This document shows, piece by piece, positions 1-8,889 of a stretch of DNA of 64,000 nucleotides (position 1 is the stretch's first letter; each line of letters opens with the position of its first letter). Below the pieces are notes generated by a model. That model was not told the DNA's origin. It saw only the letters and a program-made list of their open reading frames with translations, and ran no database searches. Source of the DNA: a bacterium (GTDB lineage Bacteria > J088 > JAWLBW01); the NCBI GenBank assembly GCA_041690355.1, contig JAWLHK010000020.1, positions 1-64,000 on the forward strand, read 5' to 3'. The position numbers were made by a program, and so were the translations under genes.

Positions 1-1421
1 CCGGCGAGATCTACCGGCCCTTCGTGACGCGTAACTACTTCCTCAATTCCGTGCCCGACAATCCGGTCTTTGCGCTTGCACGGGGCTATCATGCCAGGCT
101 CGAGGCATCGAACGTCATGCGCCGGAAGGCGTACGAGCTTCCCATGCCCGACGCGGTCGCCCGGTTGAAGGATGCATTCCGCCGGCCCACAAAGGGTTCG
201 ATGACTGCGGGCGCATCGGAGAGCTTTTCCGGCGAGGTAAGTGCCGCGGCCGAGGCGAAGTCCATTCGCCTGCTGCGCCGCCCTCGGCACGTCGTCCTGA
301 TTCTCGAGGAGAGCTTTTCGGCGTGGCCCCTCGATGAAACGGAACTCGGTTTCGGGAACGCCGTGGCGCCCCACATGAACCGGCTCCGGAAGGGCGGAAT
401 CGAATTCACGCGCCACATTCCGGCCCCCGACGGCACCTTGCGCAACCTGCACGAAATTCTGCTCTCGGCGTACAGCGAGGAGGCGCCGGGGGGAGGGGAC
501 CCCAACGCCCGGATTGCGGCGGTAAGCAGCCTGCCCCTGGCCATGGACGCCCTGGGATACAACCCGGTCTTTTTCTACGGCGGATGCTATGACTGGGGCC
601 AACTCTACCGGACGTTACCCGCCATCGGCTTTCGGGAACTCCGAGCCGGAATTGCCGCGCCCGACGACTTCATCTACGCGCTCGGGATGAGCGACGGGGA
701 ACTGTTCGACCTCGTTCGCGCCCATCTGCAGGAGGCCAGGACCGACCAGTTCATCGTCGTCCTGACGACCACGAATCATCCGCCCTACGAGGTGCCCGCC
801 GATTTTCGCGGGCGCTCCTTCTATCTGCCGAAAGCCTACCGGAACCGGTATCGCGACCTTGAGCAGGTGCACAAACGGTTCCGCTCGTACCAATATGCTG
901 ATCACGCCCTGGGCGAGTTCATGCGCGAGAGCCGGTCTGACGGTTGGTTCGAGGACACGCTCTTCGTGATTACCGGCGACCACGGCTTCATCGGGCTGCT
1001 CACGCCGTCACCGGCCGACGAGATCGCCGAGCGCCGCGTGCCCCTGGTCCTTTACGGTCCGCAGCTGCTTCCGGTGTCGGGCAGGAGATATGACCACATG
1101 ACGACCCATCGCGACCTGCTGCCGACGCTCGTCGAGTTGACCGGCGGCGCCCTTTCTTCGTCCTATGGGAAGTCGCTTTTCGACGATTCGACCCCCGAAT
1201 CGGCGGCGGTCGTCGACTTTGCCTGTGAAAATGGGTTCTGCTTTTTTCGCGACGCCCTTTGGCAGGTTGACGAACGCCTTCACCTGAAACCTGTCGCACT
1301 CTCCGGTGATGCGGACGACAGGTACAGGCGCTTGCGGGCGAAGTCAGGCGACCTCGTCGATGCATCGCTCCGGATCACATATGGGCAGCTCGGTCCAGAG
1401 GATGCCGCAGGTACGCCGTGA
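1..1421 (+). CDS. LTA synthase / sulfatase-family protein (5'-truncated by window edge)
   Basis: Frame is open to the window start; motifs HVVLILEES, LTTTNHPPY, YADHALG and VITGDHG are typical of LtaS-like alkaline-phosphatase-superfamily domains. Confidence 0.85.
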   Translation, partial: GEIYRPFVTRNYFLNSVPDNPVFALARGYHARLEASNVMRRKAYELPMPDAVARLKDAFRRPTKGSMTAGASESFSGEVSAAAEAKSIRLLRRPRHVVLILEESFSAWPLDETELGFGNAVAPHMNRLRKGGIEFTRHIPAPDGTLRNLHEILLSAYSEEAPGGGDPNARIAAVSSLPLAMDALGYNPVFFYGGCYDWGQLYRTLPAIGFRELRAGIAAPDDFIYALGMSDGELFDLVRAHLQEARTDQFIVVLTTTNHPPYEVPADFRGRSFYLPKAYRNRYRDLEQVHKRFRSYQYADHALGEFMRESRSDGWFEDTLFVITGDHGFIGLLTPSPADEIAERRVPLVLYGPQLLPVSGRRYDHMTTHRDLLPTLVELTGGALSSSYGKSLFDDSTPESAAVVDFACENGFCFFRDALWQVDERLHLKPVALSGDADDRYRRLRAKSGDLVDASLRITYGQLGPEDAAGTP

Positions 1422-2008
1422 GCCCGCAGGTTCTCTACGCCGCACTCGTCTTCGTCAGCGGTTTCGCCGCGCTCCTCTACGAGCTCACGTGGCAGCGGGT
1501 ACTGCACGCGGTCTTCGGCACCGGCAGTGAATCTTTCGCGGCGGTGGCGGGCGCGTTCATGCTCGGCCTCGGCCTCGGGGCGCTCCTCGGGGGAAGGTGG
1601 GCCTCGCGGAATCCCAGGCGTCTGCTCGTGGCCTTCGCGGTCTGCGAGCTGTCCATTGCCTTCTTTGCGGCCCTGAGCATTGGCCTCTTGGGGCATCCGC
1701 TCGCGCTCTCCTCGGCGCCATTGACGGCGATCCTTTTCTCCACTGCCGTGCTCCTGCCGCCGACGATGTGCATGGGGGCGTCGCTGCCGCTGCTGGCGAC
1801 GTATGCGGTACGCTTCGACAAGCTCGCCGCGCCGGCAGTGGCGCGGTTCTACGTCGCGAACACGCTGGGCGCGTCGGTCGGGAGCCTCGTCTGCGTAACG
1901 CTGTTGTTCGGCGCGCTCGGTCTGCGCGGGACGCTTCTTGCGGCCATGGCGGGTAACGTAGTCGTCGCCCTGGGGGCGTTCGCGCTCAAACGGGAGACGG
2001 CGGCATGA
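1418..2008 (+). CDS. Membrane protein, N-terminal module of fused MFS/spermidine-synthase-like family
   Basis: SGFAALLYELTWQR, FMLGLGLG, LLPPTMCMGASLP and YVANTLGA motifs; hydrophobic; GTGA overlap with upstream gene. Confidence 0.8.
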   Translation: MSPQVLYAALVFVSGFAALLYELTWQRVLHAVFGTGSESFAAVAGAFMLGLGLGALLGGRWASRNPRRLLVAFAVCELSIAFFAALSIGLLGHPLALSSAPLTAILFSTAVLLPPTMCMGASLPLLATYAVRFDKLAAPAVARFYVANTLGASVGSLVCVTLLFGALGLRGTLLAAMAGNVVVALGAFALKRETAA

Positions 2009-3504
2009 GGCGCCTCTCGTTTCCCCTCGTGGCTGCCGGAACGGGATTCGTGGGGATGTCGCTGCAGATCCTCTGGTTCCGTGGGCTCGACATCGCCTTC
2101 CAGGGGCGGCCGCAGACGCTCGGCTACTTCCTGTCCGCGTTTCTTGCCGGGCTGGCCGTCGGGTCGTGGGTCGCCTTCGAACACACCGCGGAAAAGAGGA
2201 AACGGACGGCTGCCGATCTGCGACTGACGCTCGCAGCCTCGCTGCTCGCTGTCGGCGTCATCGGGTACCTCACGCTTCCGCTCACGGGTCTGGCGGTGCG
2301 TTCGATTCCGCAGGGACGGTTCTTCGGGCTGGCCTTCGTCTTTCTCGGCGCGGCCGCACAGGGACTCGCCCTGCCGCTTCTGGTGGCGCTCGGCAAAGCC
2401 TTGTCCGGCGAAGAGGACGCGACGCTCATCACCCGCGTTTACGTGGCGAACCTGGCGGGCGCGACGCTGGGCCCGCTGGTCACCGGCTTTCTGTTGCTCG
2501 ACGTCTGGCCGGTCGCGGTGGCCGCCTTCGCGCTGGCGTCGCTCTCTCTGCTGTTGGCCTGCTTCGTATACCCTTCCGCGCGCGCGTGGCTCGGCGCCGC
2601 GGCGGCCCTTGCCGCGATGACGCTCGGTCACGGTGCGCTGTACGCGGATCTGTATCCTCGCCTCATGCACGGCAACACGGTCGACGACGCGGCGCCCGCG
2701 GTGATCGTCGAGAACCGATCGGGGGTCATCGTCGTGAGCGAGAGCGGCGTCGTCTACGGCGGCGGAGCTTACGACGGCCGCATCAATACGGCCCTGGATA
2801 CCGGGCGGAATCGGAACGGAATCGATCGCGCCTACATGGCGCTGCGTTTTGCTCCGCACGCGAAGCGGGTCCTCGAAGTCGGCGCTTCGGGGGGATCCTG
2901 GGCGCAGGTGCTCGTCAATGCGCCTGGCGTCGAGTCGCTTACGTCGGTTGAAATCAATCCGGGGTACGCCAGGATCATCCGGGGGCATGACGAAGTGAAG
3001 AGCCTGCTCGAGAACCCCCGATACAGTCTGGTCTTTGCCGATGCGCGCACGTGGCTGGCCACCCATCCCGAGGAGCGCTTCGATCTCATCGTCATGAACA
3101 CGACCTTCCACTGGCGAAGCTACACGACGCAGCTGCTGTCGCGTGAAATGATGGAGCTCTTCAAGAGCCGCCTTACGCCCGGCGGCGTGCTCTACCTGAA
3201 CACCACGGGCAGCGAAGCCGTGTACCGGACGGTGGCCACGGCATTCGCCTTCACGGCCACCTACGCCAATTTCATCGCCGCCAGCCGGCAACCGTTCCCC
3301 GCCGACCCCGACGGATTTTCCCGCCTGCTTGCCGGATGGAGAATTGATGGCGCACCAGTTCTCGGCGGCACCTTCGCGTCGCAGCAGGACGGAGTCTGGG
3401 GTCATCAACCGATCGCCGGCGACCGGGAGAGCCTGCTTGTCCGCTACGGCACCGCGCCGCTGATTACCGATGACAACATGGCGGTGGAGTTCTCCGCGCG
3501 CTGA
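2005..3504 (+). CDS. Membrane-anchored spermidine-synthase-like SAM-dependent transferase
   Basis: TM N-half, then RVLEVGASGG, VEINP, DAR..L, FDLIV, LTPGG and the C-terminal LITDD motif; ATGA overlap. Confidence 0.85.
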   Translation: MRRLSFPLVAAGTGFVGMSLQILWFRGLDIAFQGRPQTLGYFLSAFLAGLAVGSWVAFEHTAEKRKRTAADLRLTLAASLLAVGVIGYLTLPLTGLAVRSIPQGRFFGLAFVFLGAAAQGLALPLLVALGKALSGEEDATLITRVYVANLAGATLGPLVTGFLLLDVWPVAVAAFALASLSLLLACFVYPSARAWLGAAAALAAMTLGHGALYADLYPRLMHGNTVDDAAPAVIVENRSGVIVVSESGVVYGGGAYDGRINTALDTGRNRNGIDRAYMALRFAPHAKRVLEVGASGGSWAQVLVNAPGVESLTSVEINPGYARIIRGHDEVKSLLENPRYSLVFADARTWLATHPEERFDLIVMNTTFHWRSYTTQLLSREMMELFKSRLTPGGVLYLNTTGSEAVYRTVATAFAFTATYANFIAASRQPFPADPDGFSRLLAGWRIDGAPVLGGTFASQQDGVWGHQPIAGDRESLLVRYGTAPLITDDNMAVEFSAR

Positions 3505-3601
3505 ACGGCTGCGTCGTGGTTCCGTGGATTACGCGGTACCGAGCAACACGCGGAGTATTGCAGAGGTTTGCCAAGCGTTCCGCTTCCCGGTACAGTTTCC
3601 C

Positions 3602-3781
3602 ATGGCCTGGACAGCGAGCGCTTCCCGATACCACTACGACCCCGCCGGGCGGTTGGTCGCGGTCGATCGCAACGGGCAGCCGCTGGCGACGTATACGTAC
3701 GACGACCCCGACACCGGTCTCGTCCGGTTTGGGGCGAGGGATTATCACCCGTATATCGGTCGGTGAACGGCGAAGGACCCT
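3602..3781 (+). pseudogene. RHS/YD-repeat protein remnant
   Basis: YHYDPAGRL...YTYD joined directly to the RHS core motif DTGLVRFGARDY..GR*TAKDP; the expected Trp codon is TGA (3764-3766). Confidence 0.8.
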
Positions 3782-3879
3782 CGCTCGGCCCCTGATGTGC
3801 GCTAGTCTTGCCGTCCTGTATCGGCACGTTCGGGTCTTCGCGCCTGCCCTACAGGGAGGTAGGCAGACTGCGACTATGG

Positions 3880-4716
3880 CTACTCACTACTGCTGACAGG
3901 ATCGGGAAAAGCCGCCCTTAACTCGGCCTGGATGACTCGGCGCGAACTTACTGTAGCCTCACAGATATCGACACCTTTGCACCCGATAACTTCAGCCTCG
4001 GTGAGGAGAATGTCTATTACCAGAACGCCAGTGCTGGTAGGCCCCGTAGGAGGAAGCGTAAACGTAAGAATCCCATCTGAATAGAAGAGGTCTATGTCAT
4101 AGTTACTTGTCGACGCTTTAAATATCGGGGTCGCTTGCAGGTCGCCGTCCTTGTAAAAAGACGCGTACGCTTCCCCGACTTCCTCATCATCTGGACTTAG
4201 TTGAATGGCAACTTCTTCGTTCCACCGGAGCACGGCTTCGCCGGCTAGATTTGCCGAACGCGGTACTATCATATCGCGGATAACGACCTCCGCCCCCACC
4301 TCACCATCATCGATCTTGACAATTCCGTTGGTGCTCCCCGTTGGTAACTCCTCTAGTTCGCGCTGATAAAAGGGAAATCCGCAAGTCCCGCCTCGCCCGA
4401 ACATCGAATTCGTACCAGATAGTTCGAGCCCGTTGAAAGTCACCCTCGTTTCCGACGGCAAGGCGAAGCATTCGGCTGGATCAGCCCCGACTGTTACCTG
4501 GATGATGTGTGGGTAACCAGGAGTAGAATTTGGCATAAGCGCGACGGTAATGACCGAGTCCTGAAGCGCAGCAAGAGTTTTTACATCCGTAGCGTCAGAA
4601 CAGCCGACTTTGCATAAAAACACAAACCAGAGGCTACTCCGAACCATCTTTGGTAAACCCCTCAACTTCTTCATGGAGGATTGCTCGCTCACGACTCTCC
4701 AGTTTTCCGCTTCCAT
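3880..4716 (-). CDS. Hypothetical exported protein / possible lipoprotein, low GC
   Basis: 278-aa ORF, visibly more AT-rich than flanks; hydrophobic stretch ending in VGC (alternative start 4647). Confidence 0.6.
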   Translation of the reverse strand: MEAENWRVVSEQSSMKKLRGLPKMVRSSLWFVFLCKVGCSDATDVKTLAALQDSVITVALMPNSTPGYPHIIQVTVGADPAECFALPSETRVTFNGLELSGTNSMFGRGGTCGFPFYQRELEELPTGSTNGIVKIDDGEVGAEVVIRDMIVPRSANLAGEAVLRWNEEVAIQLSPDDEEVGEAYASFYKDGDLQATPIFKASTSNYDIDLFYSDGILTFTLPPTGPTSTGVLVIDILLTEAEVIGCKGVDICEATVSSRRVIQAELRAAFPDPVSSSE

Positions 4717-4823
4717 GTTTGGCTTCCGATTCTCCCATTTACCTTGGGTAGGTGTCTAGGGAATCGGGGGAAGTCCACCATGCACTCTGTTCGCTTCGCT
4801 TAGACTCGAACAGGTCAAGCTAT

Positions 4824-4924
4824 CCCCCCTCACCGCCGGAAGCGCCGGATGGGCCAGCCGCGGCGGCGCGCCTCGCGGGCGAGCAGGGGGTCGGGGTTCA
4901 CGGCCACGGGGTGGCCGACCGCTT
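4824..4924. repeat. 101-bp direct repeat copy of the HAD gene 3' end (partner 5713..5813)
   Basis: Identical to 5713..5813 except for one base (gggccagc vs ggtccagc); includes the HAD stop codon. Confidence 0.95.
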
Positions 4925-5033
4925 TTAGCCACATCTTAGCAGGAGCTCCCCAGGTTGACCCCTGCAAGGGTCGGGGCTTGTCCTGCATTGGTTTCGCTTG
5001 TTGAAGCTGGGATAAGGGCGGTAGAATCAGTCC

Positions 5034-5324
5034 ATGGGCACGCATGATCTTTTACGGACAGAGCGAGAGCGAATTCGCCAGATCGCTGCCAAATATGGGG
5101 CGCACAACGTACGTGTGTTCGGCTCTTTTGCCCGAGGCGAGGCCACCAGCGAAAGCGATCTCGACCTGCTCGTAGAGTTCGAACCCAACCGGAGCCTGCT
5201 GGATATCAGTGGACTTAAAATCGAACTGGAGGAGCTGCTGAAAAGAAAAGTCGACATCGTGGAGCCCCAGGCTCTCCACTGGGTTATCCGAGACGAAGTG
5301 ATGGAGCAAGCGGTTCCGTTGTGA
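5034..5324 (+). CDS. MNT (minimal nucleotidyltransferase) antitoxin
   Basis: VFGSFARGE...SDLDLLV (GSx10DxD) and KVDIV motifs; 96 aa. Confidence 0.93.
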   Translation: MGTHDLLRTERERIRQIAAKYGAHNVRVFGSFARGEATSESDLDLLVEFEPNRSLLDISGLKIELEELLKRKVDIVEPQALHWVIRDEVMEQAVPL

Positions 5325-5674
5325 AGTCGGATAAGCTGTATCTCGTTCACATCGCAGAAAGTATCCGACGAGTTGAGATATTCACCGCCGAAGGCGAGAA
5401 GGCGTTTTTTGCTGATATCCGAACGCAAGACGCCGTGCTTCGCAACCTTCAGGTGCTGAGCGAATCTACGAAGCGGTTGTCACCCGAAGTCACCGCTCGA
5501 TTTCCGCACATTGACTGGAAAGGGATTGCGGGCTTCCGCAACGTCCTGGTGCATGACTACCTCGGACTTCGCCTTGATAGGGTGTGGGAAGTCATCCGCA
5601 ACGAGATACCACCACTCAAGGCCGTGATCGACGAGCTCCTCGCCGAGCTGGGCGTCTCTCTGGATAACAAGTAG
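5321..5674 (+). CDS. HEPN/HepT-like (DUF86) RNase toxin
   Basis: QDAVLRNL, W..IAGFRNVLVHDY (Rx4H HEPN motif); GTGA overlap with MNT. Confidence 0.93.
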   Translation: MKSDKLYLVHIAESIRRVEIFTAEGEKAFFADIRTQDAVLRNLQVLSESTKRLSPEVTARFPHIDWKGIAGFRNVLVHDYLGLRLDRVWEVIRNEIPPLKAVIDELLAELGVSLDNK

Positions 5675-5718
5675 CAAGACGCTTTCGCGCTCTTTCCCGG
5701 GACGGCGGTACCCCCCCC

Positions 5719-6387
5719 TCACCGCCGGAAGCGCCGGATGGTCCAGCCGCGGCGGCGCGCCTCGCGGGCGAGCAGGGGGTCGGGGTTCACGGCCACGGGG
5801 TGGCCGACCGCTTCGAGCATCGGCAGGTCGGTGATGCTGTCGGTATAAAAGACGGCGTCGCGCAGGTCGGCCGCTTCGCCGGCCGCTTCGCGAAGGTAGG
5901 CCCGTGCATGTTCCACCTTGCCGGCGCCGTAGCAGAGCGGGGGCTCGATGGCGCCGGTGAGCAGGCCGTCGGCGAGCGTGAGGCGCGTGCCGAGATAGTG
6001 GTGCAGCTTGAGATGGGCGGCGATGGGCATGCACGCATAGACGGTGCTCGCCGTCAGCAGCACGAGATGATCCCCCTGGGCGCGGTGCTCTTCGACCAGC
6101 GCGATCCCCTCTTCATAAAAAGCGTCGCGGACGAATTCGTCGAACCACTCCTGGCTCGCGCCGAGCACCTGCTCTTCGGGGACGCCCGCGTAGCGGCCGA
6201 GAAAGCTGGCGGTCACGTCTTCGATGCGGATGCGGTTCATCCGGTAGAGCAGCGTGTAGTAGAGCCCCCGGGCGAGATCGGTCCAGCCCAGCTCGCCGCG
6301 CTTGATCTGGAAGCGGATGAACAGATTGGCGCTGTTCCCCTTGAGCAGGGTGTGATCGAGGTCGAAGAAAACGTGTCGCATCCGCAA
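5719..6387 (-). CDS. HAD-IB family hydrolase (SerB-like)
   Basis: FFDLDHTL, LLTAS, GAGK and YTDSITDLPML...VNPD motifs. Confidence 0.9.
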   Translation of the reverse strand: MRMRHVFFDLDHTLLKGNSANLFIRFQIKRGELGWTDLARGLYYTLLYRMNRIRIEDVTASFLGRYAGVPEEQVLGASQEWFDEFVRDAFYEEGIALVEEHRAQGDHLVLLTASTVYACMPIAAHLKLHHYLGTRLTLADGLLTGAIEPPLCYGAGKVEHARAYLREAAGEAADLRDAVFYTDSITDLPMLEAVGHPVAVNPDPLLAREARRRGWTIRRFRR

Positions 6388-6437
6388 CCAAGTGTACAGA
6401 ATGCGCCCGGGGTTCGCACCCGGTTTGGCCCGCGGCG

Positions 6438-6878
6438 TCAGCGGGCGGCCGGCACGGGCTGCACGAGCGGGGGGATGGTCACGCGATTCTTCTCGGGCGC
6501 GAGCCGCACCGGGTGCCCCGGCGTGAGTCCGAGTTCGGCCGCGCGACCGGCCCGGAGCTCGAGCACGTGGCTCACCGGCGTCTTCGAGCGGTAGTTGGGG
6601 CAGGGCGTCTCGGGGCAGGGGGGCACCGCGGCCGCGACGTGATCGACGGTGCCGTCGGGACGCAGAAAGACGATGTCGATCGGGTAGGTCACGTCCTTCA
6701 TCCAGAAGTTGGCGATCTCGAGATCGTCGAGGATGAAGAGCATCCCCTGGTCGTCGCGCAACGCCGGATGCCCCTGCAGGCCGCGCCGCAGCTCCGCGGG
6801 GGTGCGCATGACCTCGACTTCGAGGTGCGTGACCTCGCCCGCGAGCGTGAGCAGCAGACTCAGAACGGCAATCCGCAT
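6438..6878 (-). CDS. DUF192 family exported protein
   Basis: GL...GMLF, FWMKD...PIDIVF and VLELRAG motifs; signal-like N-terminus. Confidence 0.88.
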   Translation of the reverse strand: MRIAVLSLLLTLAGEVTHLEVEVMRTPAELRRGLQGHPALRDDQGMLFILDDLEIANFWMKDVTYPIDIVFLRPDGTVDHVAAAVPPCPETPCPNYRSKTPVSHVLELRAGRAAELGLTPGHPVRLAPEKNRVTIPPLVQPVPAAR

Positions 6879-6886
6879 GGGGGCCG

Positions 6887-7294
6887 TCAGTTGGGGAGCG
6901 AGCGGCGGGGGAGCAGTTCGGCGACGACGCTGCGCAGCCGCTCGGGATCGAACGGCTTCTCGAGAAAGGCGGTCGCCCCCATCTCCATGGCTTTCTCTTC
7001 GTACCGCTCGCGGGAGAGCGCCGTGAGCACGACGATGGGGGTGCTGGGGAAGATGGTGCGAATCAGCTTGGTCAGCTCGAGCCCGTTCATCCCCGGCAGG
7101 TGCAGATCGATGAGAAAGAGGGCGGGCTCGCGTACGAGATGCTCGATGGCCTCGCGGGCGCTCGCAGCCGGGAGAATTTCGGCGCGGTCGCCGAGAACGA
7201 CCTGTACGATTTCGCGGATGCTCGCTTCGTCTTCGATGCAGCAGATGGCTTGCACGTCCGGCCTTTGGTGTGACGTTTTTTTCCGTGGTGGCAA
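6887..7294 (-). CDS. Single-domain response regulator
   Basis: IEDE, IDLHLPGMNG, VLTA and FLEKPF receiver motifs. Confidence 0.88.
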   Translation of the reverse strand: MPPRKKTSHQRPDVQAICCIEDEASIREIVQVVLGDRAEILPAASAREAIEHLVREPALFLIDLHLPGMNGLELTKLIRTIFPSTPIVVLTALSRERYEEKAMEMGATAFLEKPFDPERLRSVVAELLPRRSLPN

Positions 7295-7377
7295 ACTGTC
7301 ATCACTATACTTTCTTTCGCGGAATCATCAAGGGGAAACGGGGAAAAACAGTGTTATAATTCGGGAGCTTTTTCAAC

Positions 7378-8217
7378 ATGCGCATCGGAGCCCATGAGAG
7401 TATCGCCGGCGGGGTGCACGAGGCTCTGCTTCGTGCCGAGCGGGATCGTTGCGAAGCGATACAGATTTTCAGCAAGAACGGAAGCCAGTGGCGCGCGAAG
7501 CCGCTTCCGCAGGACGAGATCGCGGCTTTCCGGCGCGAGAGCGAGCGCCTGGGCCTCCTGATCCTCGTCCACACGAGTTACCTCATCAACCTCGGCGGCG
7601 CAGGCGAGGTGCTCGCGAAGAGCATCCCCGCGTTCGGTATCGAGATGGAGCGCTGCGAGCAACTCGGCATTCCGTTTCTCGTGCTCCATCCCGGGGCGCA
7701 TCTGGGGGCGGGCGAAGCGGATTGCCTGCCGCGGATCGCCGGTCACCTTCGCGCGGCGATCGATGGAACCCGCGGGTACGGCGTGCGCATCCTGCTCGAG
7801 AACACGGCAGGGCAGGGGACCACGGTGGGCTATCGCTTCGAGCACCTGCGGACGCTGCTCGATGCCATCGGGCGGCCGGAGCGCACGGGTGTCTGTTTCG
7901 ATACGCAGCACGCGTTTGCCGCCGGTTACGATCTGCGCACGGCAGCTGCCTGTGCCGCGACGATGGACGAGTTCGACAGAATCGTCGGCCTTGAGCATCT
8001 TCATGCCTTCCACCTCAACGATTCGCTGAAGGGGATCGGGAGCCGCGTGGACCGCCATGCGCGCATCGGGAGTGGAGCGTTGGGGACCGAAGCGTTCCGC
8101 GCGCTGTTCGCGGATGCGCGTTTCCGCGACACGCCGGGAATTCTCGAGGTTCCGCCCGGACCGGACAAGGAGTATCCTTTCCGCGACCAGATTGCCGCAG
8201 TCAGGCGGCTTGCTTGA
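7378..8217 (+). CDS. nfo: Endonuclease IV
   Basis: MRIGAHESIAGG, H.SYLINL, HPG, LLENTAGQG, CFDTQHAF, HLNDS and DRHA motifs. Confidence 0.95.
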   Translation: MRIGAHESIAGGVHEALLRAERDRCEAIQIFSKNGSQWRAKPLPQDEIAAFRRESERLGLLILVHTSYLINLGGAGEVLAKSIPAFGIEMERCEQLGIPFLVLHPGAHLGAGEADCLPRIAGHLRAAIDGTRGYGVRILLENTAGQGTTVGYRFEHLRTLLDAIGRPERTGVCFDTQHAFAAGYDLRTAAACAATMDEFDRIVGLEHLHAFHLNDSLKGIGSRVDRHARIGSGALGTEAFRALFADARFRDTPGILEVPPGPDKEYPFRDQIAAVRRLA

Positions 8218-8222
8218 GGGCG

Positions 8223-8278
8223 AAGTACCAAGTACCAAGTACCAAGTACCAAGTACCAAGTACCAAGTACCAAGCACC
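8223..8278. repeat. Heptamer tandem array (AAGTACC)x7 + AAGCACC
   Basis: Directly visible 5 bp after the nfo stop. Confidence 0.97.
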
Positions 8279-8369
8279 AAGAGCGCTGAGCGCTGAGCAG
8301 CAAGAGCTGAAACAAGAGCCGGGGACTCCGTCTGGGACATTTCCGCGTGGAGACCAAAGCAAGAACATT

Positions 8370-8754
8370 CCACGCGGAGGCGCGGAGTCGCGGAGAGGAA
8401 AGGACGCGGAAAGAGCGTTCGTTTCCTTTTCTCAAGGTGCGGGAGGAGCGACGCTCGTGGCCCAGCGCCTCCGCGTGGGAGAGGTCCTTCAGAGGTGATG
8501 TTACTGAACACGGCCTGCACGTGGCTCTGGCGCTCCACCGGCAGCGATGCAAGGTCTCGAAGGGAGCTCTGCTCGCCGACGCTCGCGGGAAGGGCAAGAA
8601 AAAAGAAAGAAGACTCACCGCTACCCAGGGCCCTGCCCTGGGCGATTGGCCTGCGCCCCTTCAGGGCGCTATGGAATCGGGCGGTCGCCCAGGTCCGTTC
8701 TTCCTGAAAAGAAAAGGTACTAGTTTCTCTCCGCGTCTCCGCGCCTCCGCGTGG
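8370..8754. repeat. 28-bp inverted repeat pair built of CGCGGAGN octamers (8370..8397 / 8727..8754)
   Basis: ccacgcggaggcgcggagtcgcggagag matches the reverse complement of 8727..8754 with 1 mismatch. Confidence 0.9.
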
Positions 8755-8771
8755 GAGAGGTCCTTCAGAGG
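8465..8771. repeat. 31-bp direct repeat (8465..8495 / 8741..8771)
   Basis: gcgcctccgcgtgggagaggtccttcagagg occurs twice. Confidence 0.92.
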
Positions 8772-8889
8772 CGATGCCGATGATCCTGGTCGGCACGCGC
8801 GCTGGCCTTCGACAGGCTCAGGGCGAACGGGAATCAAGTGACGCAAGCATCGAGCAGAAAGGTGGGGAATCCGGTACTTGCCGATAACC

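Noticed and set aside
4830-5045. 71-aa minus-strand ORF ending like the HAD protein
   Set aside because: The similarity comes from the duplicated HAD 3' end; the N-terminal part looks non-coding.
8214-8498. ORF with KYQVPST repeats (and antisense LVLGTWY ORFs)
   Set aside because: Artifact of translating the AAGTACC array; no other coding signal.
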